Below, piece by piece: positions 12,875 to 27,432 of a DNA stretch of 64,000 bases. The translations under genes were made by a program, and so were the position numbers. This DNA comes from Eledone cirrhosa. Lineage: Eukaryota. The notes beneath the pieces are model-generated. The model was not told where the DNA came from. It made no database searches and worked only from the letters and a program-made list of their open reading frames with translations. The DNA is taken from contig OZ024742.1 in assembly GCA_964016885.1 (NCBI GenBank), positions 104,098,001-104,162,000 on the forward strand, read 5' to 3'. Every line of letters begins with the position of its first letter. The first letter of the stretch is position 1.

Positions 12875-13176
12875 TGTAGTACAAACAATGTTTGTTAACT
12901 TATATGGTTGAAGTTACAGATAAAAAGAGGTTACAAAAGGGAATGTGCCATTGCGCCGTTAAGCCGGCGAGGCTAGGGTGCAAATCTCACCGTTACATTA
13001 TGCGTGTTGCTGGCTTGAAGTTTCCGGTACAAGAGAGAGATTCTTCAAATCTTCGCGGGGAATTTCTTCCTCAGGGCGCGTAGGGATACATCCTCTTCTA
13101 CTGGCGCTGATTGGCTGAACTGAGCCAAATCACGCACAGAGAATGTATGTGAGCCCGCGGAATGTAGGTCACTACA
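12875..13176. mobile_element. Candidate solo LTR
   Basis: GC/CpG-rich 302-bp island bounded by TGTAGT...ACTACA, with a CCAAT box on the minus strand. No matching TSD. Confidence 0.35.
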
Positions 13177-13342
13177 ATATCATTATGAGGTAAAAATATG
13201 TACTTTATTTTACTATTATCACTGACAAGCTAGTAATTACCTGTCGTTCAAAAATTAGTTGCTCCTTCACATCACCAGCAGAACGTTTGGTATATACGTA
13301 TTTCTTTGAATGGTAATAATAAACTGGTAACTGATCCATTAT

Positions 13343-13380
<38 letters not shown>

Positions 13381-14061
13381 CTGACGTGTTGACTTGCCAA
13401 CCACCACTTCCATTAAACGGTGCGGACTGTCTGCATTTCTGCAATACAAAAAAAAAAGTTTCGTACTTTATTAATGACCATATACGGCGGCTCCAGGCGA
13501 CGAATCGATAGAGTCGCTAGAACGTCGGCGACAATGCTTTATGGTATTCGTTCCGGCTCTCTGAGTTCAAATCCTGCTGTGGTCAACTTTGCTTTTCATC
13601 CATTTGAGGTCGATAAAAAAAAGTACCAGTTTAGTACTGGGGTCAATTCTTCCTCATATCTCTTTCTCACTTCCTCTCTCTCATTTTCTATTCCTCTCTG
13701 GAAGAAATCTTCTGTGTTCAAACTTGGAAAGGAGATGGGCTCCGCCAGGTTTTAAAATGCTACAGAAACGCCGTATATCACTACGGTGCCGTTACGACTC
13801 CCTCGGGAGTTACGAGACCATACAATACCACACCGGCTTCGTTCTTAAAAGCTTGTGTATTCTGGGACAGTAGCCGCCAATATAACCCAGTTTCATCCAC
13901 ATTGTATAGTTTAGAAATTTATAGTTATTATTATTATTAGGTAGGAACCCGTCACTCATAAATTAAGCTGCCTACTTCATCAAAGACAATTTCTAATCGC
14001 CATAACCACCCGTCATCAGCTTTGAAATTATCGATGTTCGTATGCCTCGCTAGCTTAACGG

Positions 14062-14229
14062 CAGTACCTGATTTAGTACAAATGGGGCCCTGTGCTAGTT
14101 AAGTTATGAAGCCGTCTGCTAGTTAAATTTATCGTAAAAAAACGTTTTTGACAGGAAGATGCCCCCCCATCCTGGCCAATGGCGCCCTGTGCTTATGCAC
14201 ACCTAAGCACAAGGGTAACTACGGCACTG
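14062..14229. mobile_element. hAT MITE, 168 bp
   Basis: CAGTACC...GGCACTG termini. 8-bp TSD CTTAACGG/CTTAACAG. Confidence 0.75.
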
Positions 14230-15371
14230 CTTAACAGCAATACTTTGAGTTTCCACTCCATAGACGTTATTACCATACGATTACTGTTGGATAAACCCCT
14301 TCGTCGCTGCCCCCTCCCCCTCCCCCGAAATGTGTAGCTTTTACAACTTTCAAACACTCTCTTGAACCAACAGATGATGATTTAGAATTTGCATCAACAT
14401 CATATTTCAATATAAATACACCGAGTTTCTCTCTAGCTTTGCATATGTCCAGAACTATTTGCTTTTTTTAAAAGTTTATGGAGCAACCTAAACTGGGAGA
14501 AAATATACTGTTGCTTAAAATGTATTCAATATACAACATTATATAAAAATTGACCAGTATCTAATAAAAACAAAACACTACTAAAGGAAACAAAACAAAC
14601 TTATATTTTTCATAAACTCTTGTCCTCGGAGAACCAGCCTCTAACTTCCCTGTAAGTTCTATTTTCTGGTTCTTAGATAGGGTCAGATGCGCAACTAGGG
14701 TGTGGAAAGCATGGTACGTGCCATGGGTTCCACATGAAGGGGGCGCCACTTGGACTAGGAGCACGTTCTATTAAAGTCAAATAAGCCTCGTCGGAGAGTG
14801 AAAAAAAGAAACTCCTTCAGATCTGTCTTTGACTATTATGGGTGAGAATACTATGGTGACTGGATCATTAAACCATTTATATAAACTATTAGGCCCTCAG
14901 GTAAAAATAGTGCTGGGCAGTGGCACAATTTCACTGCTTGCCATAGTTATATCTCTGGATAGGGCCACATGCTTCTTCTTTGGAATATTACTCTCCCTCA
15001 AGGCGGGGGATTAGTTGTATCGGTAGAGCATCGGACAAAATACTTTGCGGTATTTATCTATGACCCTCACATGAAATATCTTATGTTGTCTTTATTGAGG
15101 TATTTATTCACTGGGGATTCTCTACAGGTGATTTGTAACTAGTTGTGGCTTTGAGCTATGTCTGTCAGTATATAAAGTATACAAAGGGGAAAAATTGTAT
15201 TTCGAATATAACCAAACAATGAAAATATGTGTATATGTGTATATTTATTTACTTTACAGCAGCCTTCCGGTACATACCACACCCACACCCATACACATCT
15301 CCTCTGTTGCTTCCCATGTATAGAGTATTACTCTGATTTGTGGTGTCCCCGGTCTCGAAACTGCAAACTTT

Positions 15372-15456
<85 letters not shown>

Positions 15457-15561
15457 GAGAGAGAGAACTATAATCCTAACCGTGGCGCCAAGCGGTTTCA
15501 ACTTGTGTGTTCAGCAAGCCTTTACGAAGCAGTAGGAATTTTGAGTTCTCCCATAATCTGT

Positions 15562-15637
<76 letters not shown>

Positions 15638-16144
15638 CACACACACTCTCACTCACACTCACACACGTATACATATATATATTTGCCTCAAACAAATACA
15701 AAGAGCTCTCTGCATGATCGCTGGACCTGCTAGAAATAGCTGGAGCAGCTTTCTCTTTAAAAATACCTTACCGTTGCTATCCAGTACTATATTGTATACA
15801 TCGTAAATGCAACAGAAACACGATATATTGCTGGAATGCTTTCAATCAGAGGTTTGCTTGAGCATGATTGACCTGAGGTTAAACAACAACCAAGGAAGCT
15901 CTCCGTGGCCATTCAATCTTCTAGAGATAACAGTCAAATCTCCTTCAAACAACACCCTCTCGTCTCAAAAAAAATAAGGAAGGAGACATTGGATAATGTA
16001 GTCTTGAACATACGAAAAGACTGGATTGTAAATACTTGAAGATCTCTTATCATGAACAGTTGCGTGTGAGGGAGCTAAAATGGTTGTCCCATTCCTTAAC
16101 CCTTTTGATACCAAACCACCTGAAAATGCTCGGAAATCATGTGA

Positions 16145-16414
16145 CACCCACCTTACAATCCCGATTTAGCCCATCCGACATCTTTTTGTTTCCAAACCTG
16201 AAAAAATTATTGAAAGGTACCCATTTTCCATCAATAGAAGATGTAAAAAAAGCTGCTTTGACATGGTTTAAATCGCATGGCCACCAGTTTTACACAGATA
16301 GACTTTTGTAGAAGTTAATTGACCAAGATGGAGCATATGTTGAAAAATAAACATCATAAACACCATTTTTTCCAACTATCCTTTTTCCACGAACCTTTTG
16401 AAGTCCCCCTCGTA
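16145..16414 (+). mobile_element. Mariner transposase 3' fragment with right TIR
   Basis: HPPYNPDLA/PSDIFLFPNLKKLLKGTHFPSIEDVKKA (YSPDLAP motif, frameshifted). Ends gaaccttttgaagtccccctcg|ta. Confidence 0.88.
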
Positions 16415-17739
16415 GGTCTTCTCGATTGGTGTTGATACGAGCCGACTCGTCGTCAGAGATTGGTCTTCAGGAACGGGGTTGGAGGGGGACTTCAGAACGT
16501 CCTGGGTGGGTACACTTTTGCAAGGAACGCATTTCAGGCCTCTTTTTTGTGTGTGTTTTTATAAACTCTATTTTCTAAATGCCATTGAAAAGATCCTGGA
16601 CTAAATAACACCAGCATCAATTTATAGGTTTACGGACTAGGCTTTTGAGAGATTGGTAAAATTAGTCGTTGAGAGTTCAGCCATCGATCTTGAAACCACA
16701 TAAAGTTTGTAATATGTGCCCAAATCAAATGATTATGTTCTCCCACACCACTCGAATATTTTCCTCAATTTTACCATGTATGAACGAAGCATGGTCGAAT
16801 AGTTAAGATGTTCGTTTCTCAATCTTTAATTTCTGGTTCGACCTTAGTTGTGTGGCATCTTGAGCAAATGTTATTTACTATTGCCTCGGGTAGTCGAATA
16901 CTGCTTGAAAACTCGTAGGATGGACTGTACCTACAATTCAAAGAGCCAGCCATGTCACACACTCTGTCACGCTGAATTTCCCTGAGAATTACATTAAGAG
17001 TACACGTGTCTGTGAATGCTCAACCACTTACATGTTAATTTCATGAGTAGGCCGTTTCATTAATGGAACAGCTGTCACGTTCATCGTCGAAACCGACAGA
17101 AGTCCATTTTATTTTAATGTGGACCCTCCCATCCCATACCGTGCAATGTTTGCTTGTTGGTTCTGTTGATGAGAGAAGTAAACAAAGACCAAAAGGGTAC
17201 TGTTCCCTGACACCATACTACCCGAACTCCACAATCCGGGTACATCCCCCATCCCCCATCCTCCACCTGATACTAAATCGAAGTGAATTCTTGTTTTATA
17301 AATCACAAAAAGAGGATGTAGTAACAACGCAAAATAGGGGCATGTCATCGGTACTGTTATGGGCGTGTTTGATAACCAGATTGAGAACGTGATTGGCTGG
17401 TTTGGTTAACCGCTTTAGTTTCGAGGCGGGGTTATAAGCAGAATTTAGAGATACTCTTGTCTTGTTAACAATGTTTTAGCAAATGGTCAGTAACTAGGTA
17501 GGTTAAAAAGGCGGAGCTAGCCCCCTCCACCCCCTTCGTCATATAGATCTCCACGAGTCAACGAAGTGAGTGCTTACAGGCAATAAAGAAAAAAACAATA
17601 AGATAGCGGTGTCCTTTTGTAACCTATTTATTTGAAGTCTTGCTTTTTAGCAGTTCATGTCATTCACCCTTAGTCTTGTCTACATGATACCTATATTTCG
17701 GTAATCAAGGTAACTGGAGAAACATGTTAGGATACCTGT

Positions 17740-17799
17740 ATGCGTCTTACACACGCGCACACACACATACACGCATGCATTTACACACACACGCACACG

Positions 17800-17831
<32 letters not shown>

Positions 17832-18900
17832 CAAACATACATACACACACACATATATATATATATATACACACACGCACAAACACAAACATATACATGT
17901 ACGTACATATATATAAACAAGCATACATACTTACATACATACATACGTACACATATATATATGTACATACATACATAATCATATACAAATATACAAACAT
18001 GCATACATACATACATACATGTATGCATGCATTCATACTTAAATACATACATAAATATATACATACATATACACACAGATATACTCTGTAAATACTTAAA
18101 TGCTTATCTCGCACTCTTTGGGGGCATGGATACATACAACCATACATACATACACACACGCATACATACATACATGGATACATACATACAATCATACATA
18201 CATACATACACACATACATACAATCATACATACATACATGGTGGCTGCCAACTCGTTTTCGAGTACGGCCACTACTTTATATCCATGTAGGAGAACCGCT
18301 ACCGATGCGCTGAACGAGTGTGACTTTTTAGTCCAGCCAGCGACTTGAAAACTCAGGTACAAACACTACACTTGTGACAATTATTGACACATATTGCTGG
18401 GCCCATGGTACCATGTGACGACAAGTGCAGAGAGATCTCCAGATATAAAGCAATGCCTGTGTCGTGAAGCTTTTATAGTGAGCAAAGGCACTGCACAAAG
18501 CCAGTCCCACTCTCTTAACCAAGATGATATTTACCAAAAAGAACAAGTCAACATCATACATACATACATACATACATACATACACACACACATACATACA
18601 TACATACATATATACACACAGACACACATACATACACACATACACACATACATACATACACACATACATACACATACATACATATATACATACACATACA
18701 TACATACACATACATACATACATACATACATACATACATACATACATACTGTCAGACACTCATATGCACACCCACATACATGTGTATGTGTCTTTCTATT
18801 TCTCTTTATCTCTCCCACCCTCTCTCCATCTCTCCCTCTCTCCCCTCTCTCGCCCTCTCTCCCTTCTCTCTCTCTCCCTCTCTCCCGCTCTCTCATCATC
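17740..18900. repeat. Compound (CA)/(TA)/(TACA)/(CT) microsatellite field
   Basis: Read directly. Explains the overlapping low-complexity ORFs. Similar fields at 15370-15680, 20760-21790, 22280-23380, 29040-29290 and 43670-44270. Confidence 0.95.
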
Positions 18901-19157
18901 ATCATCATCATTTAACGTCCGTGTTCCCTGCTAGCAAGAGTTGAACAGGTCTTCACAGACTGAGACTACTCAAGCGGAGCTACTGACCTCTCAGATGGGC
19001 TGGGGCCCTGCACCCCCTTTACTTAGTATACACACACACACACATCATATGTTTATTGTATATACACATATAGTATATACTTTCACATACAATAACGCTG
19101 TCTTAGTGCTACTGCCAATTCACACACGCACACACACACACATATATATATATATAC

Positions 19158-19251
19158 ATACGTCCCCCAAAATGTATACACACTTTGATTACTTGTACAG
19201 GCAATATTCATTAGAATGCTGTTGACGTGTGTATAGATTTTTGGGGACACC

Positions 19252-19256
<5 letters not shown>
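19158..19256. mobile_element. Short Tc1/mariner MITE
   Basis: gtcccccaaaatgtatacacac...gtgtgtatagatttttggggacaccctg|ta inverted termini. Confidence 0.65.
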
Positions 19257-19295
<39 letters not shown>

Positions 19296-19589
19296 GTTTC
19301 TACTATTGGCACAAGGCCAGCAATTACCCAGTACATTACTGGTACTTTATTTTATCGACCCCGTAAGGATGAAAGGCAAATATATATAATGAAATTAACG
19401 AAGATCACTGGTATTACGTCAATATATATATATAAAGAGAGAGATGGAGGGAGAGAAAGCCTGGGGGAGAGGGGAGCCGGGAGAGAAAGTGAGAGAGGGG
19501 GAGAGAAGAGAGAGAAAGATAGGGAGAGTAGGGGGGGAGGCGGTGATTCAGTCCGGCTATAACAGTGACAGTTAAAAGAAAGTAATGAA

Positions 19590-19800
19590 CGAAAACCCCT
19601 GGCAGTGGAGACTTCTGGTGTCCTCGGCCCCAGGCCTACCTCCCTACTCACCACAACAGGCGCTGAGCTGGCCAGCCGCAGGTGTGAACCCCGCGAGTTG
19701 GAGTGGCTTTTCCAGCGCGTCTCCTTTGCCGTCCTCCGTGGGAACACCTTCTCCATCCTGTCCGCCGGGGCTGTGGGGGGTCCCACCGCGTAACATTCCA
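19590..19800 (+). mobile_element. 3' end of CRE-like element (RLE domain)
   Basis: PLAVETSGVLGP...EPRELEWLFQRVSFAVLRGNTFSIL. Decayed copies at ~35870-36060(-), 46420-46640(+) and 59270-59350(-). Confidence 0.85.
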
Positions 19801-20758
19801 TATTTAGGTATCCAGATTAATGGTTTTTATATAGACACCACTTGTATCTTTACCGTATCTAGGAGTAATGGACTTCTTCGTTGTCTTCAATTTATTCCAA
19901 ATTCTATCAGCCATTTTCCAAGAACAGCTGTAGCTATGAAGGAATGTCAGTTGAAATGAACGTCCAAATCAACAGATGACCACAGCTATGAGGTAAGTAC
20001 TGATACAATTTATATATATATAATTCTTCTTTTTCTTCTTGCTGTTGCTTAACGAGGCAGGGGTCATCATAAGCCACCGATACCAGACCATCGTCGTGCA
20101 TAAATGTGGAGGCGTGTGGCCAAGTGGTAACGGTTTCCACTTACAATCCTAATGTCGTGGGTTCGATTTCTGGGCTGGCTTATGTGTTGTGTTCTTGAGC
20201 AAAAAACACTTCATTTCACATTGCTCCAATATACACAGCTGAAAATGAATACCAGCAATAGCTGGGGAGTTAACCCTGCGATGGTCTGGCGTCCTGTCCA
20301 GCGGGGAGTTCTTGCACTCTCAGTCGCTTCCGCCATGAAACCGGGATAAGTACCAGCCTAACAAGCCTTCTGGCGTAAGACAGACTTTAGACTTTGTATA
20401 TATATATATATATTTTGTAATATATTTTACATAGATCAATAATAGAATGGACATACGGGGAACTATCCCCCAGAAACGATCGTAAAATAATGAGCTTTAC
20501 TATGAATTAACCGTTTTTTGTTTAATTTCATTGTTTTAATATTTCTATATATATATTTTGTTATGCTTTGGGAGGGTCATGTTGCAAATAAGAAGCACAC
20601 GCACCAGTTGCTTTCACTCCAATTTATTATAAATTAAATTTATAAACAACTGGTGCGTGTGTTTCTTATTGGCAACATGACCCTCCCAAAGTATAACAAT
20701 ATCGGTTTCAACACACGTTTTCAGATAAATAATCTTGCTAGACAAATTCAGAAACGAA

Positions 20759-20830
<72 letters not shown>

Positions 20831-21667
20831 GTGTGTGTGTGTATATATATATATATACATGTATATACATATATATATATATATATACAAAATCGATGAA
20901 TCGCCGATTATATATATAACGAAGGAAGTGTGGTAAAGAACCAGGTGGACCATAACGCACCAGAGTACTCAATACTTATGGTGGTAGAGTGTGTAATAGG
21001 AAATTACCCACTCTAGCCCAGAAATAGCCGTCGAAACGGCTTGAGCTCTGTCGTCGGGGTCTTGAACAATTTTCTATATATATATATATATACATGTATA
21101 TAAATATATATATATACATGTGTGTGTGTGTGTACTATATGTGTGTGTGTGTGTACTATATTCACAATATATATATAAATATATATATATGTATATATAT
21201 ATTTACTGTAAATATAGTACACACACATATAAACATATAATATATATATATAAATATTTATATATATATATATATATATATATTTACTGTAAATATAGTA
21301 CACACACATATAAACATATAATATATATATATAAATATTTATAATGTAGGAGGTGAGTTTTATTGTAGTACAATAAAGCAATGCAGATATCGGATAAGAA
21401 GCACTCTACAGTTTGTGGGACTGGAGTATGCATAATATAAGATCAAAAGATGGTTAAAGGAGTTCCATATATTTTATTATGCGCATTTCAAAAACAAACA
21501 TCATCAAGCAATAATATTTGTGTTTTCATCAGATAAAACAGGAGAACATGATATGAAGGCTAAAAAACACTTGTGGATAGTGCAGTTTTAAATCAACATG
21601 GTTGATAAATATTTATATATATATATATATTTACTGTAAATATAGTACACACACATATAAACATATA

Positions 21668-21701
<34 letters not shown>

Positions 21702-21760
21702 TTACTGTAAATATAGTACACACACATATAAACATATAATATATATATATAAACATATAA

Positions 21761-21793
<33 letters not shown>

Positions 21794-22277
21794 TTGTGTC
21801 TACTTTAGGCACAAGGCCAGCAATTACCCAGTTCATTACTGGTACTTTATTTTATCGACCCCGTAAGGATGAAAGGCAAAGTCAACCTCGGCGGGATTTG
21901 AACTCAGATCGTAAAGGGACGTAACTATGCTGGAAAGCATGGCGTCCGACCCTCTACCAATACTGCCAATCCACCTTATATCCACATACATATATATATT
22001 ATCAGTGATTCAGTAGATTTGAGGTTTAAGGTTTACTGAGGAAGGTACTAATATATGCTATAACTGAAAAGACGAAAACGAGGTTTTACATTGAGGTTTT
22101 TATTGATTAGGCTCAGTTACGAACGTTTCACAGATGGGTGCCTGATTAGCAAATCTGATGAGAAAATTGGGGCAGAAGTCGGGTCTATAGCACACATATG
22201 GATCCTGAGCCACTCATCTGTGAAACGTTCGTAATTGAGCCTAATCTATAAAAACTTCAACGTGAAACCTTGTTTTG

Positions 22278-22438
<161 letters not shown>

Positions 22439-22481
22439 CACACATGCACACACACACATATATATATATTCATACACACAT

Positions 22482-22524
<43 letters not shown>

Positions 22525-22707
22525 CACACACATAAACTCACACATTCACATATATGCATTCAACTCCCTCTCCCTCGCACTCTCTTTCTTTCTCTCTTTA
22601 ACAAACCGGTTCTCCAGTCTTGTATAACTGTTTTTCTGTGTGCATTTTCTGTGGATAGATGCATACAATACATACATACGTACGTACATGCATACATATA
22701 TATATAA

Positions 22708-22745
<38 letters not shown>

Positions 22746-22917
22746 CTGATGGTAGCTAAGGTGCTTCCATAGGCGGTATGGCGGTTGAGCACTCTATGCT
22801 CTTACAGAGCAGAGTATGATATAATATAAAACGAAAAATCAGTGATGCACCTGAACTCAATTTATTGTGTGTTACAATTGTTAAGATGAGTTCAGATGCA
22901 TCACTGATTTTTCGTCT

Positions 22918-22971
<54 letters not shown>

Positions 22972-23265
22972 AAAAATTGAACAGGGACAGAACAGAGAGG
23001 CATATATATATATATAATATATTGCTATATATATATATATATATTGTTGCATAATATATGCAGACGGAGGGTGCAATGCACCTTACTGCTGCATTAGTGC
23101 GACAGAAACTCGAGTCCGAGAACCTTATAGGCACCCGTTTTACGTGTGTTGTGTTGAGTCAAATAACTTTGTGTATACTCTGGTAATGTATCTTACATTG
23201 CCCATTGAGTGCGCTGAGATACAACCGGTACTGGCATTGATAAATATGCTGGGTCCGTCAACCCT

Positions 23266-23321
<56 letters not shown>

Positions 23322-23604
23322 TTACATACATGCATATATATATGTGTGTATGTATATATATATGTGTATGTATGTATGTATAAGGTCCATCGCCAAGAGG
23401 GGAATGCATAATCTGGCACTTCCCACTTACTTTTCAATGGTGCACTCTCAGATGTAGAGTTTATAAAAAAAACGACCTGAAACACATTTCTTGTGAGTGG
23501 CTACCCAGAATATTCTAAAGACCCCCCCCCCCCCGCCCTGAAGATTAATAGTTGATGACAGGCCTGATACACACACACACACACGTATATGCGTGTATAT
23601 AAGG

Positions 23605-23858
23605 CAGGGCGATAGAACGGGGGGGGGGGGTATGTTTCCCCCCCAATCATTATATTTTTATCCCCAAACTTCCAAAACACATACATTTTTGTATGCGCTA
23701 CAATTTATGTACATGTTATGTTTATAGCATATCGAAGTTTATTTTATATTTTAGTTGATATTTGATAATAACAGATAAACTAATCACTACAACTAAACTG
23801 ACCAAATCCCCCCTCCTCCTCCCCGCCCACCAATTCAGAAATGCTTCCTCCGCCACTG
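23605..23858. mobile_element. hAT-like MITE with apparent 5-bp TSD
   Basis: CAGGGCG...CGCCACTG imperfect termini, flanked by TAAGG on both sides. Confidence 0.5.
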
Positions 23859-25459
23859 TAAGGTAGGCACACTTCTCATTCTTTTTGTCCAGAGTTATTT
23901 TGATGTTTTCACTTACACCTTTTTTGCTGTCAAATATTTTCCTTTTTCTAAGTTATCAAGCATTGCTGTCTTTTATTAATTTATGTATATATAAAAATCC
24001 TTTCTGTTATAACAAATCATATATGTAAACGTCGTGATGATATTTTATTCTATGTTCTTTGTTGTTATTGTGGATTGTGCTGTGGCACGATGGAAAACTA
24101 CCAATGATCAATGGACTCGACTTAGATTCCATTCCCTGTTGAAATCGTTTTGTTACAAGTAAAATCTTTGGGGAAACACGTGAACGTCACACCAAAAGTG
24201 ACAAAAGAAAATGGAAACCAAACGTCAGCTGAGAAAGTGATGTTGATTGACTCCAAGAAGAAAAGTTCGGAACTTTTCGCTAAGTGACTCTTACCATTTT
24301 CGGGAATAGTGGCATGATGCTGTATACTGGATTTTGTATTATGCTGTTATTCACGAGATTCCGGGGGTCAGTTTACGTCGACATGAACACCAATCAACAA
24401 CTACAGTCTCCACGTAACGTTACAATGATGAAAAGACTTATTTTCTCTATTATGAGAAGACAACAACTGAAACGCTCAACTCAGCAGTATGGAAATATAG
24501 AAGTATTGTAACATAGGTAGAACAGATCTGGGGAAAAAATCATATGTTCAGAGCTTGCAATACAGTTTGGGAATTGGAGGGGCTTTAAGTATACATACTG
24601 TACATGTGTATTATTATTATTATTAGCTCACATTAGGGCAGCGGATTGGCAATATTGGTTGAGCACCGGACAACATGCTTCGCGGCATAGAGTTACGACC
24701 TTTTACATCTGACTTCAAATCCCACCGAGGTCAGCTTTGCCTTCCATCCTTACGGGGGTCGATAAAATAAAGCACCAGTAAGTACTTGAGTTGATTAAAT
24801 CGACTTTCCCCTCCCCTTCAAATTGCTGGTCTTGTGCTTAAAGTAGAACAATTTATTAGCTCATGTTTTTTATCGCCAATATGAGACTAAGAAAGAAATT
24901 ATAAACATGATCATACTAATATATTTAGAGTCAATAGAAGATCAATGTAGTAAAAACCAAAGTACATATTGAAACAAATTATTTTAAATCATCACAGACA
25001 TAATTTTTTAACTAACAAAACTTTAAAATCATTCAACAAGTTTCCACAATATTGGAGGGGCTTAGGCGCCCCCAAACCCCTTAGCACCAGAAGGCTTGAT
25101 GTAGGAATGACAATAGTGAAATCATTCAGGACTCTTCTGCTGTATCTAGACAGACCCATTGACGGGTTTTGGTGCTCAGAGTCGCTTCAGAACATTCTGT
25201 GTAAACACTCTTTCACCAGGAACATATTTCAGGAGGTCTTTTTATAAGCTTTATTTTCTAAATGTGAGGCTGCATGATTGAAAAGTAGGTGGGTTGGTTA
25301 CGACAGTGTAATCCAATGTCGCCTTCACCCCACTCCCATTCCTGTTGACTGGCCCACAATATTTCATATGACTTCAGCATTTCATTGTACCATCTTCCAA
25401 AACAAACTAAAGAGATTATGCGAGACATTTACAAAATGTTAGATACACGGCTGTACCCA

Positions 25460-25578
25460 GAGTTGGTCAACCTAGAGATGGAGTACCTACAGCTAGTCTA
25501 TCTAGAGATGGAGTACCTACAGTTTGTCTACCTAGAGTTGGTGTACCTATAGTTGGTGTATCCAGTGTTGGTCTACCC
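25460..25578. repeat. Short tandem repeat, ~30-bp unit built from 15-bp subunits
   Basis: ctagagatggagtacctacag repeated with variants. Confidence 0.75.
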
Positions 25579-26075
25579 AAAACTGATTAGTGTTAATTGA
25601 AGAAATTCCAATCTGCATACACTACAATTGTGTAGTCTGAGAGGAATCTTGTAATTCTAAATATGAGACACAGATGAAGACTAAATATGATTGAAGGGTG
25701 CCCTTTCTCAGCTGAAGACAAAGGGGTGATATATGAAAGCATATCCACAGTAGACACAGGCATGGCTGTGTGACTAAGAAGTTTGCTTTGCAGCCACATG
25801 ATTCCAGTTTCTATCTTCTATCCCACTGTGAAGCAAATGAGCAAGTATTTTCTACTTTAGTCTCAGATTACACATGGCTAGAGCAGATACTGTAAAGCAT
25901 CCCATTGAACTGTTTAACAACTCTGCCAATCCACCACCCCTCGATTGGTTCTTTATTTATCAAACCCAAAACAATAAAAAGCAAAGTTGACCTTGGCAAA
26001 TTTTGAACTGAGAGCTAGAATAAATACCAAGGCATTTAATCAAACACTCCAATTATTCTCTCTCTATATATATAT

Positions 26076-26530
26076 GTCTTCTTCTTCATCGCCCACTTAT
26101 TTCTGAGAGGATCGTGGGGGCAGAGTCCTCAAACACTCCTTCCAGCAGGTTCTGTCAGTAGTAACCATCTCCAACTGATCCAGCTGGATCCCCAAGCGAG
26201 TCCAGCTACGCTCATGGATGTTATCTAACCATTTTGCTCTGGATCTAAATTTGGGTTTCCAGTTCATTGATTTTGCCCGTAAAATCTGTCCAACGATTCT
26301 TTCCTGGGACATTCTAACCGCATGCCCATATTTTCAGAGCTGTTATTTCTTAATTCAGCCTCCTACCTTTCATCTCTCATGAACATGGCCCTGAAATACT
26401 TGAACTTCTCCACCTGTTTTAGGGGACCTACTTTTGCATGTAGAGTGTAATGTGCAAGCTTTCACAGCATAGATTTTCATTCCAGCCATGCAGCACTTGG
26501 TATCAAACCTATGAAGTGCAAGTCGGAGAC
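26076..26530 (-). mobile_element. RTE LINE 3' end
   Basis: MSQERIVGQIL...WLDNI..SWTRLGI...DRTCWKECLRTLPPR* followed by a (GAA)n tail. Tail copy at ~41715-41805. Confidence 0.8.
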
Positions 26531-27432
26531 CACCTTGTGCAAATATGTATGTATGGTATGTATATATATATATATGTGTGTGTGTGTATGTATATATGTA
26601 TATATAATCAATGAACGTTTGGACTTTTTCAACATATGTAGGCACAAGATATATAGAACTTTCCTTAGAACCTATCGTTAGCTTCATTCATTGGCTTTAA
26701 CCTTGTACTCCCGTCTTTAATGTGAATTTGATTAATTACTTAACTTTGAAACCCCCTAGTAATTCATTGTGTTGATACATTGGCCTATCCTTCTTATGGA
26801 CAGCCAAGCCCTTCCACTTCCCTTAGATAGCTCTACTAATCCTCCTATAACACCTTGATTCATTAGACATATTACACCTCAATTCATTAATCACTAAACA
26901 CTATCTTCCAACAGTGGGAAATATTTACCCCTACTGGCGCCTATGGGCATTGCATCTGCCCTGTATGTATGCATGATGCAAAGTCTGCCTTTACTCAGTT
27001 ATTTGCATATTTGCACATAACAAACTGCTATGCAACCATGTACTCTGTACTTAGATAAGATGGTGCATAACCATTGCATGTATACATGTTTGATTATATA
27101 TACTAATAGTTGGGAGGACTCTTCAGTCGTATCAAGGACATGACAGCCTCTCTAGTTTTGGTGATCAACACAATAAATGCACCCAGTACATGCTGTAAAG
27201 TGGCTGGTGATAGGAAGGGCATCAAACTGTAGAAAGCTTACCAAGGGTGGGAGGATCCTTCAGTTGTGTCAAAGACATAATAATCCCTCTAGTGCTGATG
27301 TCATGATAAAATGCACTTGATAGATTATGGGACCATATCTAAGTGAGATGCTGACCACCAGCCTGTCTGTGAGGTTAGTAATTCCACTTGAATAGTGACT
27401 TGGTTTTGAAGGCCTATTGCTAACATGCAAAA

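Noticed and set aside
12875-13176. Candidate LTR as the 5' LTR of the Gypsy at 7.8-10.1 kb
   Set aside because: No primer-binding site follows it, there is no second copy, and 2.7 kb of unrelated repeats intervene.
22036-22235. Hammerhead from CTGAGGA (22036) or CTGATGA (22155) with a downstream GAAA
   Set aside because: I could not form a convincing stem II or stem I, so it is kept only as a hairpin insert.
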